Assembly: GCA_947627155.1 (NCBI GenBank)
Contig: CANQUX010000001.1
Location: forward strand, 64,046-128,045
Direction: 5' to 3'
DNA: 64,000 nucleotides
Source: an uncultured Alphaproteobacteria bacterium
GTDB lineage: Bacteria; Pseudomonadota; Alphaproteobacteria; CAAHEQ01; UBA3637
Position 1 is the first letter of the stretch; each line of letters starts with the position of its first letter. The notes under the pieces were generated by a model. That model made no database searches. It was not told where the DNA came from and saw only the letters and a program-made list of their open reading frames with translations. Of this stretch, positions 1 through 9,107 are shown piece after piece. The position numbers and the translations under genes were made by a program.

Positions 1-671
1 CGCAATCGGCAGAACAAAAGCAATTGTTTGCTTATTCGATATACAGTTTACCCATCGCCGAACAAAATGCGTTAAAATGGTTAATGATTTTCCCGTTAGC
101 CATTTTAATTGTTGTTTTGTTGCGAAACGTTGTCGGATTGAAAACAATGGGTACTTTTACGCCCATGCTTATTTCAATGGCACTGATTGAAACGGGTTTT
201 TGGCCGGGTTTAACGGCTTTTGTGATTGTAACGGGTATCGGATTGATTATTCGTGCCGTGTTGTCGCGATTAAATTTGTTATTGGTGCCGAGAATTTCTG
301 CCGTTGTGATTTTTGTGATTTTCATTATTCAAATGTGCACGATTATCGGATATCGATTTGATTTTAAAGTGGCTTCCGCCGTTTTGTTTTTCCCGATTAT
401 CATTCTGGCGTGGATTATTGAACGCGCCTCGATTATTTGGGAGGAGGAGGGGTTAAAAAGTGCTTTAAATGAAGTTTTTTCCAGTGTTTTGGTTGCCGTT
501 ATCACTTATTTCGTGATTGTTAATCCCACCGTGCAACACATTATGTTTGCCTTTAATGAATTGAATTTGGTCATTTTATTTATTGTTATGTTGTTGGGAA
601 CTTATACCGGTTATCGATTAACGGAATTAAAGCGGTTTGCCCCGCTTGTCAGACATAAGGATAAAAAATGA
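1..671 (+). CDS. Polytopic membrane protein, 5'-truncated by the window edge. Likely the 7TM/transglutaminase-like partner of the downstream ATP-grasp gene.
   Basis: The ORF is open to position 3 with no in-frame stop upstream of the TTG at 24. It has at least 6 predicted TM helices. Its stop overlaps the next start (ATGA at 668), indicating translational coupling to a RimK-like ATP-grasp gene. Confidence 0.55.
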   Translation, partial: QSAEQKQLFAYSIYSLPIAEQNALKWLMIFPLAILIVVLLRNVVGLKTMGTFTPMLISMALIETGFWPGLTAFVIVTGIGLIIRAVLSRLNLLLVPRISAVVIFVIFIIQMCTIIGYRFDFKVASAVLFFPIIILAWIIERASIIWEEEGLKSALNEVFSSVLVAVITYFVIVNPTVQHIMFAFNELNLVILFIVMLLGTYTGYRLTELKRFAPLVRHKDKK

Positions 672-1615
672 GTTTTTTAGGATTCGTCAGCCCCGAAAAG
701 TTAAGAGAAGCCGGTGTTTTGAGTATGAATCGCCGCAATTACGAAGTGATTGCCCGACATAATCGCCGGCGCTTATATCCGTTGGTTGATGATAAGGTGA
801 AAACCAAACAATTGGCAAACGATATCGGTTTAACAACGCCGCATTTAATTGCTTCCGTCAGTGCGCAATATGAAGTGAAAAATTTTTTGAATCTTGTCAA
901 AAATTATAAAAGTTTTGTGATTAAACCGGCGCACGGCAGCGGCGGAAAAGGTGTTTTGGTTATTCAATCTTATACGCAAAATCATTTTCGATTGCCTTCC
1001 GGGCGGGTATTGAGATATCGCGAAGTTTATCAGCATATTTCCAATATTTTAAGCGGATTATACAGTTTGGGCGGGCGATATGATACCGCTTTGTTTGAAG
1101 AAATGGTTCATTTCAGTGATGTTTTTAAAAATTACAGTTATCAGGGTATTCCCGATGTGCGCCTTATTATTTATGAAGGGTACCCTGTTTTGGCAATGAT
1201 GCGTTTGGCCACAAAAGAATCGGCCGGTCGGGCTAATTTGCATCAGGGCGCCGTGGGTGTGGGCATTGATATCAAAACGGGCAGGGCAATCTCTGCCGTT
1301 CAACACAACAAACCTGTTCGGTTTCATCCGGATACGAAAGCTGATTTAATGCAACTGTCCGTTCCCTTTTGGAAAGAGCATTTGCTGATTGCCGCACAAG
1401 GATATGAAATGACGGGATTGGGATATTTGGGAGCCGATATTGTGTTGGATAAGAATAAAGGACCGATGGTGTTAGAATTAAATGCCCGTCCGGGACTGGC
1501 CATTCAAATAGCCAATCAGTGCGGATTGAGAAGCGTGTTAAAGCGTGTGGAAAAAGATTTTCCGCGCGGATTATCCTTTAAAGAAAGAGTTGAATATGTT
1601 TTATCAACCTATTGA
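668..1615 (+). CDS. Alpha-L-glutamate ligase-like (RimK-family) ATP-grasp protein.
   Basis: Carries ATP-grasp motifs (KPAHGSGGKGVLV, ELNARPGL). Paired with the upstream 7TM protein, as in the known 7TM-transglutaminase / RimK-like operon arrangement. Confidence 0.7.
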   Translation: MSFLGFVSPEKLREAGVLSMNRRNYEVIARHNRRRLYPLVDDKVKTKQLANDIGLTTPHLIASVSAQYEVKNFLNLVKNYKSFVIKPAHGSGGKGVLVIQSYTQNHFRLPSGRVLRYREVYQHISNILSGLYSLGGRYDTALFEEMVHFSDVFKNYSYQGIPDVRLIIYEGYPVLAMMRLATKESAGRANLHQGAVGVGIDIKTGRAISAVQHNKPVRFHPDTKADLMQLSVPFWKEHLLIAAQGYEMTGLGYLGADIVLDKNKGPMVLELNARPGLAIQIANQCGLRSVLKRVEKDFPRGLSFKERVEYVLSTY

Positions 1616-1958
1616 ATTTATTTTATAAAAATATATTTTTTTTAAATTCTTTATTATTGCCGTAAAAAAGCGTTATCGGGACTATCAATTGAAAACATAT
1701 ATTAAAAAAAACGGTACGCGCCGCATTGAATTATCCGACGAATGGTTTTTGAAAAAAAGATTGTTTGATTATTCAAAAAGGAGAGATTATTGAAATAAAA
1801 AAAGCCCGAAAAATCAGGCTTTTCAAAGGCGAAGGACACGACCTGCTTTAACGATAATCGGCTGCTTTCTTCCGAACCTGACCGGCTGTTAACGAAAAAC
1901 ACCCGCATCCTTCAAGAAAAGTATCTCATTCTTTTTTGCATCTGTCAACAAAAAAATC

Positions 1959-1988
1959 TTGCAATCAGTGATTTTTTAAGGCTATAAT
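1959..1988 (+). promoter_or_regulatory. Sigma70-like promoter for argS.
   Basis: TTGCAA-N18-TATAAT, followed by RBS GAGGAG and the ATG at 2018. Confidence 0.45.
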
Positions 1989-2017
1989 CAAATAAATTTT
2001 TTGATGAGGAGAAGAAA

Positions 2018-3778
2018 ATGAGTTTACTTGCGATTGTCGAGAAAAAAGTTCATAACGCCTTTAAAACTTGCGGATATGATAAAGCGCCCACTTTAACAGG
2101 GCTTTCCGATCGGCCGGATATCAGCGATTATCAATCAAACGGGGCATTGCAGCTGGCCAAAAAAGAAAAGAAAAATCCGCGTGAAATTGCCGCGCGAATT
2201 GCCGATGTTTTAAAGACGGATTCGTTTTTTTCCGCTGTGTCGGTTGACGGGCCCGGTTTTATTAACATGCGCTTGAGCGATGCGGCTTTAATTCAATCGT
2301 TTCGCTTGTTTCAAAAGGGTAAAAACGGTTATCAACGCTCAACAAAAGCGCAACGCATTGTTATTGATTACGGCGGGCCGAATGTTGCCAAAGCTTTGCA
2401 TGTGGGGCATTTGCGTCCGGCGGTTATCGGAGAGGCAATTAAGCGCATTCATCAATATGCCGATGATTTTATTGTCGGTGATATTCATTTGGGCGATTGG
2501 GGATTGCCGATCGGGCTTTTAATTGCCGAAATTCAAGAGCGTTATCCCGATTTACCTTTCTTTTCGGAAAATTATCACGCTGACAAAGCCGTTGTGCCGT
2601 TTACGGAAAAAGATTTGGAAGAAATGTATCCGATTGCCAGTCAAAAATCGAAAAATGATGAAGCGTATTTGGCGCGTGCCAAAGAAAATACCCGTTTGTT
2701 GCAAAACGGCCATAGGGGATATCGGGCATTGTGGCGTCAAATTCTGAAATTATCCGTGCGGGAAATTAAGAAAAATTATAAAAAACTTGATGTGCATTTT
2801 GATTTATGGTTGGGCGAAAGCAGTGTGAATAATCGCTTGCAGAAAATGATTAAACGGTTGAAAAAGCAAGGTGTTTTAAAATATGATAACGGGGCGGAGG
2901 TGATTAAACTCGGCACAAGCGTGACCACAAAAAACAAACTGCCGCCGTTAATTATGGTTAAATCCGACGGCGCCGTAATGTACGGTGCAACCGATTTAGC
3001 CACCATTGAGGCGCGTATGGAAGATTATCAACCGAGTCGCATTTTGTATGTGGTTGATGCGCGTCAGGCACTGCACTTTGAGCAGGTTTTTTCGGCCGCG
3101 CGTAAGCTGAAATTGGTTCCGAAAACAGAATTGTTGCATTTGGGCTTCGGAACCATTACAGGCCCGGATAACAAGCCTTTTAAAACAAGAGACGGCGGCG
3201 TGATGACATTGGAACGCTTGCTGAATGAGGCGGTGCAGGCTTCCATGAAGAAAGTGGAGCAAAGCAAAAATGCCGCCAAATTAAGTGCGCAAAAAAAAGA
3301 GGTCATTGCCCGAAAAATTGCCGTCAGCGCGGTTAAATATACCGATTTGATGAATGAACGTATGCGCAATTATGTGTTTGATATTGAGAAAATGACGGCG
3401 TTAGAGGGAAAAACGGCGCCTTATATTCTTTATGGCTTGGTGCGGATGAAATCGGTTTTGTCAAAAATGCCGAAAGCTGCCGTTTTTAAAGGCTGTCAAA
3501 TGGTTTTAACCGAACCGGCGGAGCGCGCGCTGTTCATGCGGCTTTATCAAATGCCCGAGTTTTTTCAAACAGCCTATCAAAATGAAGCACCGCATGTGAT
3601 TTGTGATTATCTGTATAAATTGATTCAAGATTTTAACGTGTTTTATCATGATTGCCCGATTCGCGGCGCCAAAGAACCGTCGATTCGGTTTACGCGGTTT
3701 TTGTTAACGGCAACGGCTTATCGCATTGCTTTCGATATGGCACGAATCATCGGTTTGGAAATTCCGGAAATTATGTAA
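2018..3778 (+). CDS. argS: Arginyl-tRNA synthetase.
   Basis: Class I HIGH-type motif (HVGHLR) and full-length ArgRS-like sequence of 586 aa. Confidence 0.9.
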   Translation: MSLLAIVEKKVHNAFKTCGYDKAPTLTGLSDRPDISDYQSNGALQLAKKEKKNPREIAARIADVLKTDSFFSAVSVDGPGFINMRLSDAALIQSFRLFQKGKNGYQRSTKAQRIVIDYGGPNVAKALHVGHLRPAVIGEAIKRIHQYADDFIVGDIHLGDWGLPIGLLIAEIQERYPDLPFFSENYHADKAVVPFTEKDLEEMYPIASQKSKNDEAYLARAKENTRLLQNGHRGYRALWRQILKLSVREIKKNYKKLDVHFDLWLGESSVNNRLQKMIKRLKKQGVLKYDNGAEVIKLGTSVTTKNKLPPLIMVKSDGAVMYGATDLATIEARMEDYQPSRILYVVDARQALHFEQVFSAARKLKLVPKTELLHLGFGTITGPDNKPFKTRDGGVMTLERLLNEAVQASMKKVEQSKNAAKLSAQKKEVIARKIAVSAVKYTDLMNERMRNYVFDIEKMTALEGKTAPYILYGLVRMKSVLSKMPKAAVFKGCQMVLTEPAERALFMRLYQMPEFFQTAYQNEAPHVICDYLYKLIQDFNVFYHDCPIRGAKEPSIRFTRFLLTATAYRIAFDMARIIGLEIPEIM

Positions 3779-3787
3779 GGAGAGGCC

Positions 3788-3994
3788 ATGAAAACAATCA
3801 GTGTTCTTTGTTCGGTGTGTTTAATGTTTTTTTGTGTCGGGTGCGGGCGTGTTTCGCCGCCGCAATCGCCGGAGGGTGCTTTTTATCCGCATGTTTATTA
3901 TGTGAAAGAAAAAACACCGATGCCGCAAGAGAAGCCCTCAAAAGAAGAAGCCGCGGAACAGGCCAAAGATTATGCCGACAGTATTTTTGATTAA
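3788..3994 (+). CDS. Small lipoprotein (hypothetical).
   Basis: Signal peptide with a lipobox-like FFCVGC motif. Begins 10 nt after the argS stop. Confidence 0.45.
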   Translation: MKTISVLCSVCLMFFCVGCGRVSPPQSPEGAFYPHVYYVKEKTPMPQEKPSKEEAAEQAKDYADSIFD

Positions 3995-4458
3995 ATTTTA
4001 TTGTTTTCGTTTTTATTTTTGTTGAGACGTTGTTTTATTTTCTGTTTACGCGCGTTTTGGTTGGCTTTTACCAAAACAGATTGCTGAATATCATTATCGG
4101 AAGGCTCAATGTTCGGCTGACACATTCCTTGCCCCGAACAATCCAATCCGGAATTAATGCCGCTTTCGTCTGCCGGTTTTTTCGACGGCATTTGATGATG
4201 TTTTTCAAAGGTTTTATCCAAATTTTTTCGGGCATTTGCCAAATGAGTGAATTTTTCCGCTTGAAAAGAAGAGGTTTTCTCTTCGGAGTCGCCCGAAAGA
4301 AGAACGGTTTTTTCCGTATGGCTGATTTTTAAAATTTCTTGATGCGTAATCACCAGTTGTTCGGTGCGCGAAATTTTCAAAAGTGGTTGAAAAGTAAGGT
4401 TTTTATTTTCCGTCTCCGATGAAGTTTCATCGGCCGGAGCAGAGGGTTGATGAGTCAT
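3991..4458 (-). CDS. Hypothetical low-complexity protein.
   Basis: ORF of 155 aa with a GGAG RBS 7 nt upstream. Polar, low-complexity composition. Confidence 0.35.
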   Translation of the reverse strand: MTHQPSAPADETSSETENKNLTFQPLLKISRTEQLVITHQEILKISHTEKTVLLSGDSEEKTSSFQAEKFTHLANARKNLDKTFEKHHQMPSKKPADESGINSGLDCSGQGMCQPNIEPSDNDIQQSVLVKANQNARKQKIKQRLNKNKNENNKI

Positions 4459-4561
4459 TTTTTTCTCCTTTTTCAGGTTATATAAGTTTTTCGATTAAGG
4501 GTTTCAAGCCGGTTGTTTTGTAAAAAAGAAGAAAAAAAATGCATTTTAGTGAAAAAAAAGA

Positions 4562-4590
4562 TTTACTGTTTCAATAAAAATTGTTATAAT
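4562..4590 (+). promoter_or_regulatory. Strong sigma70 promoter with extended -10, for the 4622-7910 operon.
   Basis: TTTACT-N17-(TGT)TATAAT, followed by RBS AGGAGG and the ATG at 4622. Confidence 0.55.
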
Positions 4591-4621
4591 ATAATATATA
4601 GCATAACAGGAGGATTTTTAA

Positions 4622-6226
4622 ATGATCTTTTGGGGAACGGTTCTTGCATTTATTCTCGGTATTATGTATTATATGCTTTATCCGTATGATACAAAAATTT
4701 CAACGGTTTATATGCCTTCGTCAGAGGCCTATGTTGCCGGTTTTGTGGCGCAACATCAGGCCGCCAAAGATTATGCCCGCGAAGCGGTGATTGCCATCAA
4801 TCGCATAACCGAGACTTTGCCGCATCATGATTCGACAACAACGGAAAACAGTCATTCCGTTTTGATTTTATCAGATGCCGAACAGGAAAAAAGTCCGATT
4901 GATTCGTTTTTGCCGAAAGGCATTTCTTCCGTTCAAACAAACAATTTTCAGCCGAATGTTAACAGTAGCGCGCAAAGCGACGATATTATTGATTTCAGTT
5001 CAGGTTTTGTCAGCCTTTTGGCGTGTTTTGATCAACCCGAGCGAAAATTAAACGATTCGAATAAATATACAGAGGCAAAATTAACCGATTGCAGAGCGGC
5101 TACAACAAAATATGTTATGACATACGGCCCCGTTCCCGATGAATTGGACAGACCTTATATGCGCGGGAAAATACTGTTGTGGGAGCCGTCATTGTTAAAA
5201 CGAACAAAAGGGAATCCCGATTGCGGATTCTTGTATTACGATTCGGCAAGAAGTCGCTATTTTATCAATAATTCTCGTCATTTAACGCGAACAATTCCTA
5301 CGGCGTTTATAAATTTGTTCATCGGTTATTTAAACGGTAATGATGAGGGGCGTGTTCTTGTCGGAACAGGTGAAAATTCACGGGAATTATTATTTTGTAT
5401 GACGCCGGTGAATGATCCGTATCCGCGGTTAGGGTTAAGAGTGTTGCTTGACGGCACAATCAATCAATTACTGAGTAATAATGCAATTGAGCATTCGTCG
5501 ACCATACCGAACGGCGGCTGGATCAATTTAGCCAAAGAAAACAGCAGTACGCCTCTTTCAATTACCGGTTCAGGAGCAAACAGTAAGTGGAATACTTATT
5601 GTTCGGCAACAAGCGAAACATGCCATGCCGACGGATTTTCATTCAGCAGAAACCACACAATCACCATTCCTTCGGGGTGGTTTGATTCGGAGCATCCGGA
5701 GGTTGTTCTCGGTGTTCCTTCCACCATTTCCTTTATGGCCTTATTCAAGAAAGGAACTTATCCCGTTTTTGAATCAACAAGCACAGCCGGTAATTATGGT
5801 ATAAAGGCAGAATATAAAGAGAATAAATTAACCGTTACGCTTTCTAAAAATTCAACGAAACATGAGGTATCAGCCACAATTCAACCCGAGGAAATGACTC
5901 AAGTTGATTATATTTTAAATGCGGGCGGTCATAAATTATATGTTAACGGAGAGTTGATCAAGCAAGAGAGTTTCGGCTCTTCTGATTTAATCAGTAGTGT
6001 GGGCGGAACTTCTTTCACGTTGGGCGGTAGTTTGGCAGATTACATTTTATATAACTTTTTAATTTATAATCGCTCACCCGAAGCCGGTGAAGCTTTGTCG
6101 CAATCTATTGATTTATACGGTTTGCCGCGTATTTATAAGTCGAATATGTTACGTTATATAAAGAAAACGGGAAAGATTCAATTGCCGGAGAAAAACAATT
6201 ATTTGCAAAGGAGGACAAATGAATAA
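4622..6226 (+). CDS. Membrane-anchored protein with a C-terminal concanavalin A-like/LamG lectin domain.
   Basis: N-terminal hydrophobic anchor. The C-terminal LYVNGELI...FTLGGSLADYILYNFLIYNRSPEAGEAL matches the LamG/ConA-like consensus (DEVRIYNRALSAEE-type). An in-frame TAA lies immediately upstream of the ATG. Confidence 0.55.
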   Translation: MIFWGTVLAFILGIMYYMLYPYDTKISTVYMPSSEAYVAGFVAQHQAAKDYAREAVIAINRITETLPHHDSTTTENSHSVLILSDAEQEKSPIDSFLPKGISSVQTNNFQPNVNSSAQSDDIIDFSSGFVSLLACFDQPERKLNDSNKYTEAKLTDCRAATTKYVMTYGPVPDELDRPYMRGKILLWEPSLLKRTKGNPDCGFLYYDSARSRYFINNSRHLTRTIPTAFINLFIGYLNGNDEGRVLVGTGENSRELLFCMTPVNDPYPRLGLRVLLDGTINQLLSNNAIEHSSTIPNGGWINLAKENSSTPLSITGSGANSKWNTYCSATSETCHADGFSFSRNHTITIPSGWFDSEHPEVVLGVPSTISFMALFKKGTYPVFESTSTAGNYGIKAEYKENKLTVTLSKNSTKHEVSATIQPEEMTQVDYILNAGGHKLYVNGELIKQESFGSSDLISSVGGTSFTLGGSLADYILYNFLIYNRSPEAGEALSQSIDLYGLPRIYKSNMLRYIKKTGKIQLPEKNNYLQRRTNE

Positions 6227-7910
6227 GTTTAATGAAAAACAAAACGAAAAAGGATCCGTTCTGGTTGAGGTGATTGCCGTTATTGCCTTATTGGGCGTGA
6301 TGGGGCCGTTATTGTTTCGTCAGGTGATGACACGAAACGAAGAAGTGGAAAATATTAACATTGCCTCCGAAATGAGAACTTTAAAAGAAGCTTTTTCGGC
6401 ATATATTTTAACGGATAAGGCGCGTTTGTTGAGAAATTGGTCCGGCGATTCACAGGACTGTAAAAGTGTTGTTGTTAGTGATATTGAATCCTTTTTGCCT
6501 TATGGAAATGAAGCTTACGGAGATTATAAGTTTTACCTTTGTAAAAATACCGATGATTTTTTGCAGGGCTACATTATCCCGGAAGCTTCCGCTATGCCGG
6601 AAACCGTGGGCTTAAAGCGTGCGGCGCGTATTGCCAATTTAATCGGGGCAGATGGTGCTATTTGTCAAAACGGTGATATTAACGGTGTTGCCGGCGGTTG
6701 GGGATTACAAGATCCCGGTGGTTGGTGTAATGCCGGTAGTGACATTACGGTTTATTTGGTAACAACCGGTATGGATACCTATGTGCCGGAAGTCACGTAT
6801 GAAGATTATTCCACGGGTGTGGTGAGTATTCCGAATGAACTTGCTTTGCAGAATTTACACGCATGGAATTATTTTTCAGTCGGGAACGGTCAAAATTGCT
6901 ATGAATTAAAGCACGATAAAACGGGAAATTATGATCCCGAAAAAGGCTTTGTTGCCAATAATGATATAATTTATGATGCAAATGAGCACAGTTGCGATCC
7001 TTTGTTTTGGGTTGGCACCAAGTCCAGTGGAACGGACGATAAAGCCAAGGGTGATGTTTATGTTAAAAACAATTTAATGGTCGGACGAGTCAACAGATCA
7101 AAGCAAGCCATCGGTTTATTCCATGCCGACACAGCTTCCGGAACGGCTGATACAACATATAGTGCCGAACGTTCCGAGGGTAATAAAATTGTTGTGTATG
7201 ATAATATGGGAAAAGAAAAAATTACCATCAACGGTAAAGGTGAAATTATTGCAAAAGGAGAAACAACAGGTACTTCCGGAACCGAAGAAACGATGAAAAT
7301 GACAAATCAAGGTTTGGAATCCAGCATAAAGGCTAAAAATGGGAATGAAAATTATAAAGTTGATCCGGCTTATACGTCGGTGATGAATGATATTAAACTT
7401 GATTCGCGGGGCGGGGCGCGGTTAAGTGATATTTTGCCGAATTATATCAGCCGCGGTGTCTATGAATTAGATAATTCTCACCAATCGGTTCATGTTCCGA
7501 CGTGTCCGAACGGCTATGCACCGGCTGTTATTGTAACGCCCACAATGTGGAAAGAGAAACCGAAAGTTGTAAAGACGGATATTGAAGGTAATTTAAAAAC
7601 GAAGGAATTTGAGATTCCGGCGCAAGGAAGCAGCAGCAGTAGTAAAGTCGGACCGATTGATATTACGGCGCAAAAAGATTTGGAAGTTCAGAATGCTGAT
7701 TTAAAAATAACTATTTCCAATACCGAAAAAGCGTCCGCAACAAGTGGTACTTCAAGTTGGACAATTAAGTTTTTAAGCGAAACCTCTTCTTCTGCTCGTA
7801 CAGACGTGAAAGGCTTGGCTCAAACGTTTTGTGTTTATGATACCGCATATAGCACCAGCGGGAAATGGTCAAACGGTAAAGAGCCGAAAAACCTGGATCG
7901 CTCAAATTAA
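6219..7910 (+). CDS. Large protein with a type IV pilin/pseudopilin-like N-terminus.
   Basis: Charged leader MNKFNEKQNEKG followed by SVLVEVIAVIALLGVMG (Glu at +5 after Gly, then about 20 hydrophobic residues). Overlaps the upstream ORF by 8 nt. Confidence 0.55.
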   Translation: MNKFNEKQNEKGSVLVEVIAVIALLGVMGPLLFRQVMTRNEEVENINIASEMRTLKEAFSAYILTDKARLLRNWSGDSQDCKSVVVSDIESFLPYGNEAYGDYKFYLCKNTDDFLQGYIIPEASAMPETVGLKRAARIANLIGADGAICQNGDINGVAGGWGLQDPGGWCNAGSDITVYLVTTGMDTYVPEVTYEDYSTGVVSIPNELALQNLHAWNYFSVGNGQNCYELKHDKTGNYDPEKGFVANNDIIYDANEHSCDPLFWVGTKSSGTDDKAKGDVYVKNNLMVGRVNRSKQAIGLFHADTASGTADTTYSAERSEGNKIVVYDNMGKEKITINGKGEIIAKGETTGTSGTEETMKMTNQGLESSIKAKNGNENYKVDPAYTSVMNDIKLDSRGGARLSDILPNYISRGVYELDNSHQSVHVPTCPNGYAPAVIVTPTMWKEKPKVVKTDIEGNLKTKEFEIPAQGSSSSSKVGPIDITAQKDLEVQNADLKITISNTEKASATSGTSSWTIKFLSETSSSARTDVKGLAQTFCVYDTAYSTSGKWSNGKEPKNLDRSN

Positions 7911-7947
7911 TATGGGAAATAAAACAGCATAACGTTAAAAAAAAATG

Positions 7948-7976
7948 TTGATTAAAAAATTTTTTTGTCATATATT
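7948..7976 (+). promoter_or_regulatory. Candidate promoter for the 8012 gene.
   Basis: TTGATT-N17-TATATT. RBS AAAGGA lies before the ATG at 8012. Confidence 0.3.
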
Positions 7977-8011
7977 GAATAAGCGCTTTAACATAATGAA
8001 AGGATAGTAAA

Positions 8012-9007
8012 ATGTGTCAGTGCAGTTTTAAAACAGGTTATTGCAACTATATCGCAGCCGGACGCGGCATTGGGATGAAGTTTGCGTTTTTATTTTCATT
8101 CTTGGCCGGTTTGGCGGTTGCCATTTTATCAGGGTTTATTCTGCGTATGCAGTTGAATACCAATGATGTTGATTCATTTATTGACACATTGCCTGTTGTT
8201 AAAATTCAAGACGGTCGTATTGTTGAACCGATTCTTGATAATGTTGTGTGGACCATTCCCGGCGAAGTTCCCGAAGATGATATTTATGTGGTTGCCAACA
8301 CAACGGTTGATAACGTTGATGCCATTCCGCCGCAAGTTGCCGTTTACATTACGGCTAAAAGAGTTTACACACAAGGTGAGGACGGTTTGCATGCTTATGA
8401 CATACCGGAAATGGAAAATACGGTGATTACGCATGATGTTGTTCGTAAATCCGTTATGTTCGTTTTGGCGATTGTCAGTGTGCTGTTCGGCTTTTTCTCT
8501 TTAATTTTCGGGCTTTTGTCTTTCCTGTTTGCTTATGTGATTACATTGCTGTTCGGCACGTTCTTTAATAAAAATATTACGAAATCGGGTTGGGGCAGAG
8601 CATTGGTGCTTCCGTGGGTTATTTTGTGGATTGCTTCAATTGTTTGCTCATGGTTCGGCTATATTTTATTTTTCCCGCATCCGTTGGTATGGGTTATTAT
8701 CTTACCGGCTGCCATTACGTTGATTTCGGGCAATCTTATGAAAAAATGCCTGAATTTTGAAGAAGCAAAAACGGAAGAAGAAATAATTGATGATATTTTG
8801 GCCGAAAATACCGTTACGGAAGAAAAAACGCCCGTTGTTGTGAAAACAAAACAGGCAAAACCGAAAAACGACAAAAAAGCTGAAAGTAAGGCTGTTGTTA
8901 AAAAAACGCCGGTTCAAACTTCACCGGTTCAGCGAAAAGCCGATAAGCCGACATCGTCAAAAAAAAGAAAGTCAGCTCAAAAACACACAAAGTCGGCTAA
9001 AAAATAA
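8012..9007 (+). CDS. Polytopic membrane protein with a Lys/Pro-rich, histone H1-like C-terminal tail.
   Basis: Four or more TM segments. C-terminal about 70 aa are KTKQAKPKNDKKAESKAVVKK... A good RBS precedes 8012 (alternative start at 8075). Confidence 0.5.
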   Translation: MCQCSFKTGYCNYIAAGRGIGMKFAFLFSFLAGLAVAILSGFILRMQLNTNDVDSFIDTLPVVKIQDGRIVEPILDNVVWTIPGEVPEDDIYVVANTTVDNVDAIPPQVAVYITAKRVYTQGEDGLHAYDIPEMENTVITHDVVRKSVMFVLAIVSVLFGFFSLIFGLLSFLFAYVITLLFGTFFNKNITKSGWGRALVLPWVILWIASIVCSWFGYILFFPHPLVWVIILPAAITLISGNLMKKCLNFEEAKTEEEIIDDILAENTVTEEKTPVVVKTKQAKPKNDKKAESKAVVKKTPVQTSPVQRKADKPTSSKKRKSAQKHTKSAKK

Positions 9008-9035
9008 GGCTGAATAAAAGTCGGTTATAAACCAA

Positions 9036-9071
9036 AAACGCCGTTTCATGAATTGAAGCGGCGTTTTTTTT
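9036..9071. terminator. Bidirectional rho-independent terminator.
   Basis: AAACGCCG-loop-CGGCGTTTTTTTT. A-run on the other side. Confidence 0.6.
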
Positions 9072-9107
9072 ACGGTAAAAAGGTGTTTGAGTTTAATTGA
9101 AATTGCT

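Noticed and set aside
24-671. Treating 24 (TTG) as the true start of the first ORF.
   Set aside because: The reading frame is open to the first codon of the window with no stop. The gene is 5'-truncated by the window edge.
1799-1830. Hairpin AAAGCC...GGCTTT as a terminator for the ATP-grasp gene.
   Set aside because: It is 185 nt downstream, has a short stem and lacks a proper T-run after the stem. Weak evidence.
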